Numbered from the stretch's first letter, positions 1-10,396 are shown. The stretch: 52,150 nt of DNA from an uncultured Bacilli bacterium (GCA_947631045.1 CANRJV010000003.1:1-52150), one strand, 5' to 3'. Made by a program: numbers and translations. Notes: generated from the sequence alone by a model not told the origin.

Positions 1-32
1 ATATAGAAATAGAATGGAACATTGAATTTTAA
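1..32 (+). CDS. C-terminal end of an upstream gene, probably a large serine recombinase (partial)
   Basis: Frame 3 from nt 3 reads IEIEWNIEF then TAA (30-32). IEIxW-type tails are typical of large serine recombinase C-termini. Only 9 codons are visible. Confidence 0.4.
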   Translation, partial: IEIEWNIEF

Positions 33-60
33 GAAATAATGATATTTTTGGACTTTTCCT

Positions 61-600
61 ATTCCTGCACATGGGGCTGAAGATGTTGGCACTAGTTATG
101 GGAAAATATATGAAAAAGATATTAATTTAGCCATTAGTAAATATTTGCAAGAAGAGTTAAGTAAAGAAGGGGCAATTGTTTCTTTAACACGCGATGATGA
201 CTATGATTTATCAACTCCAAGGGCTAATTATCGTAAGAGAAGTGATTTTGATAACCGGATAAAAAAGATAAATGAAAGTAAAGCAGATATGTATGTTAGT
301 ATTCATATTAATTATTTAAGTGATAGTAATTATAAAGGACCTCAAGTATTTTATAATAAAGAAAATGAAGAATTAGCTAAAGTTATTCAAGAAGAAATGA
401 ATAAAGATTTAAAGGGGAATAGAGAAGTTAAAAAGATACCTAGTAATACTTATATGTATAATAAATTAAATGTTCCAGGAGTATTAATTGAATGTGGTTT
501 TTTATCTAATCCTTCTGAAAGAGAACTTCTTATCAATAGTTCTTATCAGAAAAAAGTAGCTGAGTCTATTGCTAGTGGCATAGTATTATCTTACAAATGA
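61..600 (+). pseudogene. cwlD: 5'-truncated N-acetylmuramoyl-L-alanine amidase (Amidase_3, CwlD-like), probably the 3' half of an interrupted gene
   Basis: Motifs (PA)HGAED...EKDINL, SIHIN, GPQVFY, VLIECGFLSN and the CwlD-like KRSDFDNR are present. In-frame stops at 37-42 and no ATG/GTG/TTG before the Zn-ligand H/E. The ORF-track TTG at 145 lies downstream of these ligands. Confidence 0.7.
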
Positions 601-695
601 TAGATTATTTTAATAATTTAAAAAATTAAAAAATGTTAAAAAAATAGTTGCATATCAAACTAATGTATGATAATATTGAGTTATAGTTCAGGAGG

Positions 696-1541
696 GTGAG
701 AAAAATGAAAGAAGAAAAAAATTTAGAAAAATACAATGAAAGTATATTTGAAAGTATTAGACATCTTGATGACTATGGTCATGAATATTGGTATGCAAGG
801 GAATTACAAAAAGCCTTAGATTATACAGAATGGAGAAAATTTGAACATGTTATTGAAAAAGCTCAAAGTGCTTGTGAGTTAAGTGGCAATCATATTGATG
901 AACATTTTGGCGGCGCCGCCAAAACGATAAGTATGCCTAAAAATGCCGTTAAAACCATTCAAGATTATAAACTATCAAGATATGCATGTTATTTAATTGC
1001 TCAAAATGGGGATAGTAGAAAAAGAGTTGTTGCTCTTGCTCAAACATATTTTGCGGTGCAAACAAGAAAACAAGAAATTAATGAAAAAGAGTATAGTTTA
1101 TTAACAGAAGATGAAAAAAGACTATATAGACGTAAGCAGACAAGAGATGGAAATAAAATTCTTTATAAAATCGCTAAAGAAAAAGGCGTAAAAAATTTTG
1201 ATAAATTTACAAATGAAGGTTATAAAGGATTATATAATGGAGAGACAGCAGATGATATAGCGAAAAGAAAAGGACTTCGTTACCGGGAAGAAATATTAGA
1301 TAATATGAGTAGTGTAGAATTAGGAGCTAATGTTTTTAGAATTACGCAAACTGAAGCTTTACTTGAAAAACAAGAACTGCCAAGTGAGCAAGTGGCTTCT
1401 AATACCCATTATAGAGTTGGGAAAGCTATAAGAGACACAATTAAGATGCTTGGAGGAACAATGCCTGAAGATTTACCAACTCCTAAAAAATCCTTAAAAG
1501 AAATAGAAAAAGAAGGACTAAAAATACTTGAAGCAAAATAA
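696..1541 (+). CDS. dinD: DNA damage-inducible protein D (BRO-like N-terminus)
   Basis: EYWYARELQ..LDY, LSRYACYLIAQNGD, AQTYFAVQTRKQE, GYKGLY, ILDNM.S.EL.AN.FR.TQ and GGTMPEDLPTP motifs. GGAGG upstream; start is GTG 696 or ATG 705. Confidence 0.9.
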   Translation: MRKMKEEKNLEKYNESIFESIRHLDDYGHEYWYARELQKALDYTEWRKFEHVIEKAQSACELSGNHIDEHFGGAAKTISMPKNAVKTIQDYKLSRYACYLIAQNGDSRKRVVALAQTYFAVQTRKQEINEKEYSLLTEDEKRLYRRKQTRDGNKILYKIAKEKGVKNFDKFTNEGYKGLYNGETADDIAKRKGLRYREEILDNMSSVELGANVFRITQTEALLEKQELPSEQVASNTHYRVGKAIRDTIKMLGGTMPEDLPTPKKSLKEIEKEGLKILEAK

Positions 1542-1685
1542 TAAATTTTGTTTTTCTTTTTCTAGTGATGATAGTTATTAACAATACAGTTAACTTTTAA
1601 ATTCACTAAATTGTCACCAAAAATATATTAAAAATACACTAAAAATAGATATATTTAATTTGTTTCTTATGTTATAATTTAATAG

Positions 1686-2630
1686 GTGAATAATATGGGG
1701 TCTAAGACATTTAAAAATCTCGATGAACAAATCGAACTTCTACGACATAAGGGACTCGTTATAGATGATGAGATAAGTGCCAAAGAAATTCTTTTAAGAG
1801 AAAATTATTTCTTTTTAAGTGGTTACAGACATTTATTTCTCAAAAGTGATGGTAGTAGAAAATTTATTCCGGGAACAAATTTCCGCGAATTGTATGGCTT
1901 ATTTAATTTTGATAGACAATTAAGAAATATTTTATTTAAAAATATTTTAATTGTTGAAAATAACCTTAAAAGTATCCTTTCTTATACAATGAGTAAAAAT
2001 CATGGTTTTAAAGAACAACATTATTTAAATGCCGATAATTTTGTTCAAGATTATACTAAAGCTAGACAAATTAATGATTTGCTTAGAAAAATGAAAAGGC
2101 AAATTAATGTTAATGGTAAGCAGCATGCCGCTACTAGTCACTACATAAGCAACTATGGCTATATTCCTCTTTGGGTTGTTGTTAAAGTTTTATCTTTTGG
2201 TATTGTGGGCGAATTATATTCAGTTTTACAAAAACAAGACCAAGAAGAAATAGCCGAAATTTATGGCGTGTCGGTTCGTAGTTTAATTATGTATTTACCG
2301 ATTTTAGCAAATTATCGAAATTTATGTGCTCATGAAGATATGTGTTTTAATAATCGAACTCATAAATTAATTGAACATACGAAATATCATGATTTGTTAA
2401 ATATTGAAAAAAATGAGGATGGTGAATACATTTATGGAGTAAATGATTTATTTGCGATTATAATAATATTGAAACAAATATTGAAAGAAGATGATTTTCA
2501 TTTAATGATGAATGAAATAAGTTATGAATTAGATATTTTAGATGGTAAATTAGAATCAATAATGATTACAGATGTTTTAGATGAAATGGGATTTCCAGCA
2601 AATTATAAAGAGATTGTGAGGGTAAAATAA
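1686..2630 (+). CDS. Abi_2 (AbiD/AbiF-like) HEPN-domain protein
   Basis: EQIELLRHKGL, ENYF.LSGYR, FDRQLR, IPLWVVVKVLSFG and HEPN motif RNLCAH. Confidence 0.85.
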   Translation: MNNMGSKTFKNLDEQIELLRHKGLVIDDEISAKEILLRENYFFLSGYRHLFLKSDGSRKFIPGTNFRELYGLFNFDRQLRNILFKNILIVENNLKSILSYTMSKNHGFKEQHYLNADNFVQDYTKARQINDLLRKMKRQINVNGKQHAATSHYISNYGYIPLWVVVKVLSFGIVGELYSVLQKQDQEEIAEIYGVSVRSLIMYLPILANYRNLCAHEDMCFNNRTHKLIEHTKYHDLLNIEKNEDGEYIYGVNDLFAIIIILKQILKEDDFHLMMNEISYELDILDGKLESIMITDVLDEMGFPANYKEIVRVK

Positions 2631-2631
2631 A

Positions 2632-3741
2632 ATGAAACAAAAAGCAGAAAGCAAAACAAGATTAATTGTTTATACAATATTTGGAATTTTATTTGGAGTA
2701 TTTTTAATGTATGGTATAATGTACAAATTTCCGGCAATATTTCAAGAAACTGTAACTAAAATAGAAAGAGATGTTACGGTAACTGATGAAGGAATTGCGG
2801 ATGCAGTTGAAAAAGTATATAATGCTGTAGTTATAGTTTCTAATTATAAAGGTGATAGTTTATATTCCTTTGGAAGTGGCTTTGTCTATAAAAAAGATGA
2901 TAATAAATTTTATATTGTTACTAACCATCATGTTATTGCTGATGGTGACAATTATAAAATTACCTATGAAGATGGAGAAAATATTGAAGCTAAACTACTT
3001 GGTAGTGATAAATATGCTGATATTGCTATTTTAGAGGTAAAAGCTAAAGATGGGGTAGAACCTGTTACTATTGGAAAAACTGAAACATTAAGAGTTGGGG
3101 ATACAACATTTACGGTTGGAGCTCCTTTAGATAATGTTTATTCTTGGACTGTTACAAGAGGTATTATTTCTGGTAAAGAAAGACAAGTTCCGGTTTCTTT
3201 ATCAAGTAGTAGTGGTAGTGATTTTATCATTAATGTTTTACAAACTGATGCTGCTGTTAATAGTGGTAACTCTGGCGGACCATTATGTAATAGTAATGGC
3301 GAAGTAATTGGTGTTATTTCAGCGAAGATAAAATCAACGGGAGTAGAAGGCATGGGCTTTGCTATTCCAATAGAGAGTGTTATTGAAAAAGCCGAAGCGT
3401 TTATTAATGGTGAATCATCTGAATATCCATACTTAGGGGTTGGAATGATTAATGTTAGTGATGCCTTAAGTGTTCCGCTATATAGTCGTTATATTCCTGA
3501 AGGTATTACTAGTGGTGTTATTATCAATAATATTGATACCGGTTCAGTTGCTGAAAAAGCCAAATTAAAAGTTGGTGATATCATTACGAAAATAAATGAT
3601 GTAGAAATTAGTAATAAGGCATATTTAAGATATGAATTATATAAACATAAAATAGGTGATACTATAAAGATTACTTATGTTAGAAATGGCAAGGAAGATA
3701 CAGTCTCTGCTAAACTAACATCTAATGTAGAAACGAGTTAA
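2632..3741 (+). CDS. htrA: HtrA/DegP-family serine protease with PDZ domain
   Basis: N-terminal TM, GSGFVY, TNHHV, DIAIL, QTDAAVNSGNSGG, C-terminal PDZ. Confidence 0.93.
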   Translation: MKQKAESKTRLIVYTIFGILFGVFLMYGIMYKFPAIFQETVTKIERDVTVTDEGIADAVEKVYNAVVIVSNYKGDSLYSFGSGFVYKKDDNKFYIVTNHHVIADGDNYKITYEDGENIEAKLLGSDKYADIAILEVKAKDGVEPVTIGKTETLRVGDTTFTVGAPLDNVYSWTVTRGIISGKERQVPVSLSSSSGSDFIINVLQTDAAVNSGNSGGPLCNSNGEVIGVISAKIKSTGVEGMGFAIPIESVIEKAEAFINGESSEYPYLGVGMINVSDALSVPLYSRYIPEGITSGVIINNIDTGSVAEKAKLKVGDIITKINDVEISNKAYLRYELYKHKIGDTIKITYVRNGKEDTVSAKLTSNVETS

Positions 3742-3743
3742 TT

Positions 3744-4367
3744 ATGAATAGTGTGAGTGATGTAAAAATATCTAAAAGAATTATAGCATATTTGTTAGAT
3801 ATATTATTAGTTTTCTTTGTAGCTTCATTAGTAACAAGCATTAGATTTATTAATCCTTATTATGATAAATATACCGAAACTTATGAAAAATATAGTGATG
3901 TTTTAGATAAATACTATAAAGGTGATATTAATGAAAATGAAATGATTGAACTAAATAAAGATAACTATTATTATTTAACCAAATATAGTGTTAGTTCTAA
4001 TATTGCCATAATTGTTGTCATAATTTTATACTTTGTTGTATTTCAAAAATATAATCATGGCGCTACCATTGGAAAACAAATCATGAAAATTAAAGTAGTT
4101 AGTAAGGATGATAAAGACCCAAGTATCATAAAATATTTTATAAGATCTTTGTTTAGTTTTTATATCTATGTAGGAAGTATCATTCCATTAATTTTAAGCA
4201 CTATACTAGTCTTTATTATTAAAGCTAAAAATTATATGATGGTAAATACTGTTGTTAGTTATGCGTTTTTAATATTTGCTATTGTTAATTTTGTGGTAAT
4301 TTTTACTCGTAAAGATAAAAGAGGAATTCATGAACTCTTATCACAAACGAAAGTTGTAAATCAATAA
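3744..4367 (+). CDS. RDD family membrane protein
   Basis: KRIIAYLLD, GATIGK..MKIKVV, RGIHELLSQTKVV. Confidence 0.88.
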   Translation: MNSVSDVKISKRIIAYLLDILLVFFVASLVTSIRFINPYYDKYTETYEKYSDVLDKYYKGDINENEMIELNKDNYYYLTKYSVSSNIAIIVVIILYFVVFQKYNHGATIGKQIMKIKVVSKDDKDPSIIKYFIRSLFSFYIYVGSIIPLILSTILVFIIKAKNYMMVNTVVSYAFLIFAIVNFVVIFTRKDKRGIHELLSQTKVVNQ

Positions 4368-4392
4368 AAAAGAGCACTTTAAGGTGCTTTTT
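4368..4392. terminator. Bidirectional intrinsic terminator
   Basis: aaagagcact-ttaa-ggtgcttttt between convergent genes. Confidence 0.75.
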
Positions 4393-6122
4393 TACATTTT
4401 ATCAGGAACATTTATAGCTAAGATATCGAGTAAAATATTATTAACTTTATAAATGATACTAATTAAATATAACCAAGATTCTTTTATACTTTCATTTGTT
4501 TCTTTTAAGATAATATTTTCGGTATAAAAGCGGTTGAAACAAGTAGCCAATTTATAAAGATAATCTGTAACATCATTTAATGATTTAGAATTAAAAGCAT
4601 TATTTAAAACATTATCTAAATTAGTTAATAATAAGATTAAATCTCTTGTATGATTTCCTTTAATAATTGTCATTTTTTCATATTTAAAATTATTTTCTTT
4701 AGCTTTCTTTAAAAGAGATTTCATTCTAATTGTAGAATATAAAATATAAGGACCAGTTTTACCATCTAAAGAACAGAATTTATCTAAATCAAAATTGTAA
4801 TCTGTTTCTCTATTAGGAAGTAAATCTGCATATTTAACTGTTGAAATGGCAATATCTTCGGCAATTTCTTCTCTATTTTCTGTAATGTTATCATTTAATC
4901 TTTTTAAACTTTCGGCTTTAACACTTTCTAAAAGATCGGTTAATCGCATTACTCCACCATCTCTAGTTTTAAATGGCTTGCCATCTTTGCCATTCATTGT
5001 TCCAAAACCGGCAAAAACTAATTTTTTATCTTCACTTACTATTTTGGATTTATAAGCCGCTCTGAATACTTGTTTAAAATGTAGTTCTTGTCTTTTATCA
5101 ACAATGTACCAAATTTCATCAGGATTATTAATTTTCATTCTTTCATAAATGGTGGCTAGTTCGGTTGTACTATAAAGAATACCCCCATCACTTTTAATAA
5201 GAAGCATTGGAGGAACTTCTAATTTATCATCAGGAAGAGATACTGGAATGACTTTTGCTCCTTCGCTTTCTTCCACTACGCCTTGTTTATCTAAATAAAG
5301 AAGCATTTCGGGAACATATTTTTCAGCATCACTTTCACCTTTATATAAATTATAATGGGTATTTAGCCGTTTATAAATTTCTTTAATATCATTTTTAGAA
5401 ACTTCCATTATTTCTTGCCATAGAGCATAGATGCCTCGTTTTCTTTCTTGAAGGCTTTTGGTCATTTTTTGCGCTTCTTTTAAGTATTCTTCATCTTCTT
5501 TAGCCTTTAGGGAAGCATAAGGATAAACTTCCTCAAGTAATGCGCTAGTTATTCCAACTTTTGGATATTCGCCTTTATAGTTCTCATCAAAATAGGCCCA
5601 AGAAGGATTTCTTTTTTTAAGTTCTAAAATAACAAGCCCTAAAGGTCGTCCCCAATCTCCTAAATGGGTATCAGACAAAGTATTATATCCTAAGTAATTA
5701 CATAATCTTTTTAAAGCTTCACCTATATTAGCACTTCTTAGGTGGCCGACATGAAGACTTTTAGCAACATTAGCTCCTCCATAATCTAGAAAAATTAATT
5801 TATCATTTTTAGGATAAGAGAAATCAGGATTGTTAATATATTTTAAAAGAGCATCATCACTAATACTTAAATTTATAAAGCCTGGTCCAGCTACATTTAT
5901 ATCTTTAAAAAAAGGATCTTGTTCTAAAGTGGTTTTTATTTCATTAGCAATTAAAACAGGATTTTTATGATATTCTTTGGCTAAATTCATGGCACCATTA
6001 TATTGAAATTCTCCTAAATCCGGCCGATTTGATTCAGAAATTATAACTTCATTAACTTGATAATCATTTTTTAATAAAGCATCTTTTATTTTATCACTCA
6101 TTAATTTATAAAATTTTTGCAT
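4392..6122 (-). CDS. argS: Arginine--tRNA ligase
   Basis: DYGGANVAKSLHVGHLRS, GDWG, GKPFKTRDGG, GPYILY. ATG 6122 preferred as start. Confidence 0.97.
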   Translation of the reverse strand: MQKFYKLMSDKIKDALLKNDYQVNEVIISESNRPDLGEFQYNGAMNLAKEYHKNPVLIANEIKTTLEQDPFFKDINVAGPGFINLSISDDALLKYINNPDFSYPKNDKLIFLDYGGANVAKSLHVGHLRSANIGEALKRLCNYLGYNTLSDTHLGDWGRPLGLVILELKKRNPSWAYFDENYKGEYPKVGITSALLEEVYPYASLKAKEDEEYLKEAQKMTKSLQERKRGIYALWQEIMEVSKNDIKEIYKRLNTHYNLYKGESDAEKYVPEMLLYLDKQGVVEESEGAKVIPVSLPDDKLEVPPMLLIKSDGGILYSTTELATIYERMKINNPDEIWYIVDKRQELHFKQVFRAAYKSKIVSEDKKLVFAGFGTMNGKDGKPFKTRDGGVMRLTDLLESVKAESLKRLNDNITENREEIAEDIAISTVKYADLLPNRETDYNFDLDKFCSLDGKTGPYILYSTIRMKSLLKKAKENNFKYEKMTIIKGNHTRDLILLLTNLDNVLNNAFNSKSLNDVTDYLYKLATCFNRFYTENIILKETNESIKESWLYLISIIYKVNNILLDILAINVPDKM

Positions 6123-6235
6123 AATAAACCACCACAATTCTTTATTATTTTACCAAAATATTCTAAATAATACAAATATCCAATATTGTTTTTTCATATA
6201 TTTATGTGTATAATATATATTGTGGTGATTTTTTA

Positions 6236-7102
6236 ATGAAGGAAAAAAGTAAAAAAATTGAAAAAAAAGTAGAGCCTAAAAAAAGTGGTAAAAAAATAAG
6301 AATGAAGAAAAAAACCATTTCTTTATTAATATTATTTATTGCTATTCCAGTTTTAATCTTTTCTGGTTATGAAATTGTTACCTATTTTATTGACTCATCT
6401 AGAACTAAAGCCCAAATAAAAGATTATGAAACTGATGCCAATATAGGAAAAAATGAAAATCAAGAAGAAATTATTCCAAGTGATGATGGTGAAGATAGTC
6501 CATATTCGAATTATATTAAAATGGATTTAATGGATGTTGATTTTACAGAATTAAAAAATAAAAATAGTGATGTTGCCGGATGGCTTACTGTTGGGGGAAC
6601 TAATATTAATTATCCCGTTGTTCAAACAACTGATAATGATTTTTATTTAACTCATGCTTTTGATAAAAGTTCTAATCGAGCTGGTTGGGTATTTATGGAT
6701 TATCGTAATGATAAAAATAGTTATGGTAAAAATACGATAATATATGCTCATAATATGAAAGATAAAACAATGTTTGGTAGTTTAAAAACTTTATTAACTA
6801 AAGATTGGTATAATGTTGAAGATAATCGGATTATTAAAATGTCTTCTGAAAAATATAATACTCTATGGCAAATATTTAGTGTTTATACTATTCCAACTAC
6901 TAACGATTATATTTGGACAGATGAAAACTTCTCTAGTGAAGCTCAATTCCAAGAATTCCTAGACAAAATTAAAGGTAGAAGTTATACTGACTTTAAAACA
7001 TCAGTAAATTCTAATGATAAAGTTTTAACTCTATCTACTTGTCATGGTAGTGAAAAGAAATTAGTAGTTCATGCTAAATTAATAAAAATTGCAGCTAGAT
7101 AA
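6236..7102 (+). CDS. srtB: Class B sortase
   Basis: N-terminal TM, GTNINYPVVQ, NTIIYAHNM, TLSTC catalytic motif. Confidence 0.9.
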   Translation: MKEKSKKIEKKVEPKKSGKKIRMKKKTISLLILFIAIPVLIFSGYEIVTYFIDSSRTKAQIKDYETDANIGKNENQEEIIPSDDGEDSPYSNYIKMDLMDVDFTELKNKNSDVAGWLTVGGTNINYPVVQTTDNDFYLTHAFDKSSNRAGWVFMDYRNDKNSYGKNTIIYAHNMKDKTMFGSLKTLLTKDWYNVEDNRIIKMSSEKYNTLWQIFSVYTIPTTNDYIWTDENFSSEAQFQEFLDKIKGRSYTDFKTSVNSNDKVLTLSTCHGSEKKLVVHAKLIKIAAR

Positions 7103-7117
7103 TTAGCTGCTTTTTTT
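7091..7117. terminator. Intrinsic terminator between convergent genes
   Basis: gcagcta-gataat-tagctgc followed by a T run. Confidence 0.7.
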
Positions 7118-7118
7118 A

Positions 7119-8369
7119 TTAATTATTTTTTAAAATATCATTTTTATTAAATGTTTTAGCTAGAACTCCATTATGTAAAAATATTTCATAACTTTTTTCA
7201 TCAATAATTAAATCATATTCTCCAGCATATTCATATACTTCAGGATTAAAACTTAATTTAAATCTATTTAATCCCGAATATGGGTTATCTTCTTTAAAAT
7301 TTCCTACAACCCCATTTAAATCTAAAAATTCAAAATCATTTTGATAGTATTTAATTAAATTATAATGAAGAAAATAGTTAGGGGCAAAACGCTTATATTT
7401 TTTATCATAAGAACTAAAAATTATACTTGCTGTCTTATTATGTTTAATCACTAAAGCCCCAGCAATATATTCTTTTTTATTTTCATTAATTCCTTTAGTC
7501 GCTTCCATAATATCATTTTTATATGTTAGCATAACTTTATCACTTTGCATTTTAGCATTAATAGTTCGCTCACTACCATTACTAGCTAATTTATTATTTA
7601 AATGATTATTTTTTTCGGATTCTTCATTATAAAAGTATTGGCTATTTTGTAAAAAATTATCGTAATCAATAGATATTAAAAATAAATCAATGGCGTCATC
7701 TTTGGCAAATACCGTATAATAGTCTTGATAATAATATTCACTATTATCTTTTTTATTTTTCATAAGTTCATAAAAAATATTTATTTTTTCTTTATCACAT
7801 TTTTCAAATTTTAACCCTTTGCGAATCCCTTTTCTGATTTTATTTTTGGTATTTTTAGAAAATAGAGGAGGTTCAGATTCACGTAGATTAACGATAGCAT
7901 TAAATCTTGGTAATTGAGCTTCAAAATAAAGATTGTCTGCTAATCTTTTATAACCATTATTAGCTAAAATATCGGGTACATATTCATTTTCATTCGGTAT
8001 TTTAGTAAAATTCTTAGTCTCAATTGTAGCTGCTTTGACATTCGGATTTATTTTAATAAATATAACATTTTTTTCGTAATAATAATTTTTTAATTCTTTG
8101 GTAAAAATTTCAACTAAAGCTGTGTTTTGATAATCAATTAGGAAACCTCTAGGAGCATAACCATAATAACATTTTATTCCAATCGGTTTAAGTAAAATAA
8201 GGGAAGCAGCAAGGATTTCATTTTCTTCATTTACAAGACCAACTAAATCATAATCGTAACCACATTCCGCCATTAATAAAGCATAGTTAATAGTTTGATA
8301 AAAATTTGATAAAGGATGATTTTCTTGAAACTCTGTAAATTCTCTGGTTCCTAATGTTTGAATATGCAT
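7119..8369 (-). CDS. FemAB/MurM-family peptidoglycan bridge aminoacyltransferase
   Basis: NFYQT, YAPRGFLIDY, IFIKINP, GLNRFKLSFN..V.EYAGEYDL. Confidence 0.88.
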   Translation of the reverse strand: MHIQTLGTREFTEFQENHPLSNFYQTINYALLMAECGYDYDLVGLVNEENEILAASLILLKPIGIKCYYGYAPRGFLIDYQNTALVEIFTKELKNYYYEKNVIFIKINPNVKAATIETKNFTKIPNENEYVPDILANNGYKRLADNLYFEAQLPRFNAIVNLRESEPPLFSKNTKNKIRKGIRKGLKFEKCDKEKINIFYELMKNKKDNSEYYYQDYYTVFAKDDAIDLFLISIDYDNFLQNSQYFYNEESEKNNHLNNKLASNGSERTINAKMQSDKVMLTYKNDIMEATKGINENKKEYIAGALVIKHNKTASIIFSSYDKKYKRFAPNYFLHYNLIKYYQNDFEFLDLNGVVGNFKEDNPYSGLNRFKLSFNPEVYEYAGEYDLIIDEKSYEIFLHNGVLAKTFNKNDILKNN

Positions 8370-8460
8370 AACTTCACCGCTTTCTTTCCTAATATTTTAA
8401 CATAATTTTCTTGATTAAGAAAGTAAATCCTAGTATAATTTAATTTAGGGTGAAGTAAAA

Positions 8461-9012
8461 ATGTTTGAAAAAGTTTTAGGAGAAGTAAAAGGTATATTTA
8501 ATACGGTTACCTTAATGGAACTTGGTTTATCAGTAATTTATGTTCTTTTAGGTTTAATTTTCTTTACAAATGTCACAATGAAGCATTTAACAGTAGCTAT
8601 TATCACAGGTGTAATTCTGATGCTATGGGGTATTGCTACACTATTTTCTTATTTTAAGAAAGATGAATTAATATTATTTAGATTTAATATTATCTTTGGA
8701 GCTTTAGAACTTATTTTAGGTATTCTTGCTTGTGCTTTATATAAAGTTTTACCAATCATTTTAGGAATTTATTTTCTTATTTGTAGTGCTCAAAAAATTA
8801 CTTATTCACTTTGCTTAAAAAGATATAAAGAATCAAGTTGGCTAATTACTTTAGCTACAGGTATTTTAATTCTTGTAATTGGTATCGTTGTTATGTTTGC
8901 TAAAGGTGATGGCGTAATAAGCGCTATTGGTATAAGTTATTTAGGCTTTGGTTTATTAAATATTATAAATGTTATTTTGCTAAGAAAAAGAAGTTCTTAC
9001 TTTTTAGCTTAA
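8461..9012 (+). CDS. HdeD/DUF308-type membrane protein
   Basis: Six hydrophobic segments in paired repeats (G..L.LG..). Confidence 0.6.
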   Translation: MFEKVLGEVKGIFNTVTLMELGLSVIYVLLGLIFFTNVTMKHLTVAIITGVILMLWGIATLFSYFKKDELILFRFNIIFGALELILGILACALYKVLPIILGIYFLICSAQKITYSLCLKRYKESSWLITLATGILILVIGIVVMFAKGDGVISAIGISYLGFGLLNIINVILLRKRSSYFLA

Positions 9013-9132
9013 ATTAGTGGTTCAACCACTTTTTTGATGCTTTAAAATTATGTAAAGATTAAAATTTAAAACTTTATTTCTATTGTTAAATAAAAATAAT
9101 GTGGGTATACTAAATATATAGGGTGATGTAGT

Positions 9133-10362
9133 GTGAATATAAAAGATATCCATGCAAGAGAAATACTTGATAGTAGAGGTAATCCAACTATTGAAGTTGA
9201 AATGATTCTTGCTAATAATATAAATGCGGTAGCATCTATTCCAAGTGGCGCTTCAACCGGGTCTAGAGAAGCTTTAGAACTAAGAGATAATGATTTGAAT
9301 AGATATATGGGCAAAGGGGTATTAAAGGCCGTTAATAATGTTAATACAATAATTAGAAATGCTTTAATTGGTCAAAAAATCGACCAGGTATTTGTTGATA
9401 AAACCCTTTTAAAATTAGATGGTACTCCTAATAAAAGTAATTTAGGGGCTAATGCTATGTTGGCGGTTTCCTTAGCGTCTTTAAAATGTTTAGCTAAATT
9501 ACAAAATAAAGAATTGTATGAATATATAACATATGGTAAAGTATCTTTACCTATTCCGATGATTAATATCATTAATGGGGGAGTTCATGCTGATAATAAT
9601 TTAGATATTCAAGAATTTATGATTGTTCCTATTATGAAAGGTGAGGCTAGAAGAATTCAAGCCGCTAGTGAGATCTTCCATACTTTAAAAAATATTTTAA
9701 AAGAAAAAGGCTATTCTACGGGAGTTGGTGATGAAGGTGGTTTTGCCCCTAATTTAGGAAAAACTAGGGAAGCTTTAGACTTAATCATGGATGCCATCAA
9801 TAGAGCGAATTATCATCCCGGCAAAGATATTTTGATTGCTTTAGATGTCGCTGCATCAGAATTATATGATAAAAGCAAAGACGTATATAAGATAGATAAT
9901 ACTTATTTAAACGCTAATGATTTAATAAAATATTATATTGATTTAGTTAGAAATTATCCTATCATTAGTATTGAAGATCCTTTCCAAGAAAATGATTTAG
10001 AAAGCCTAGCTGTATTAACTAAGTTAATTGGCGATAAAATAATGCTTGTTGGTGATGATTATTTCTGTACTAATTCTAATCTCTTAGAAGCAGGAATTAA
10101 AGTAAATGCAGGAAATGCTATTTTACTTAAAGCAAATCAAATTGGAACTATATCTGAAATGACTAAAACTATTATTACCGCGAAGAAAAATAATTATAAG
10201 ACAATTATTAGCCATCGAAGCGGCGAAACGGAAGATACTTTTATTGCCGATTTAGCCGTAGGATTTGGTATACCTTTTATTAAAACGGGTTCTATTTGTC
10301 GAGGTGAACGAATAGCCAAATATAATCGTCTAATGAAAATAGAAGAATTATTAAATAAATAA
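9133..10362 (+). CDS. eno: Enolase
   Basis: AREILDSRGNPT, PSGASTG, GDEGGFAP, LLKANQIGT, SHRSGETED. Confidence 0.98.
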   Translation: MNIKDIHAREILDSRGNPTIEVEMILANNINAVASIPSGASTGSREALELRDNDLNRYMGKGVLKAVNNVNTIIRNALIGQKIDQVFVDKTLLKLDGTPNKSNLGANAMLAVSLASLKCLAKLQNKELYEYITYGKVSLPIPMINIINGGVHADNNLDIQEFMIVPIMKGEARRIQAASEIFHTLKNILKEKGYSTGVGDEGGFAPNLGKTREALDLIMDAINRANYHPGKDILIALDVAASELYDKSKDVYKIDNTYLNANDLIKYYIDLVRNYPIISIEDPFQENDLESLAVLTKLIGDKIMLVGDDYFCTNSNLLEAGIKVNAGNAILLKANQIGTISEMTKTIITAKKNNYKTIISHRSGETEDTFIADLAVGFGIPFIKTGSICRGERIAKYNRLMKIEELLNK

Positions 10363-10385
10363 AGTTCCTGATGGGGAACTTTTTA
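10363..10385. terminator. Intrinsic terminator
   Basis: aagttcc-tgatgg-ggaactt then T run. Confidence 0.7.
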
Positions 10386-10396
10386 TATGGTTAAAA

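Noticed and set aside
6123-6235. T-box leader for argS
   Set aside because: Only about 110 bp shared with the divergent srtB promoter; no T-box motif or terminator.
6236-7102. Sortase B as the polymerase for the pilin fusions
   Set aside because: The pilin-domain proteins have no LPxTG/NPxTG sorting signals and lie 30 kb away.
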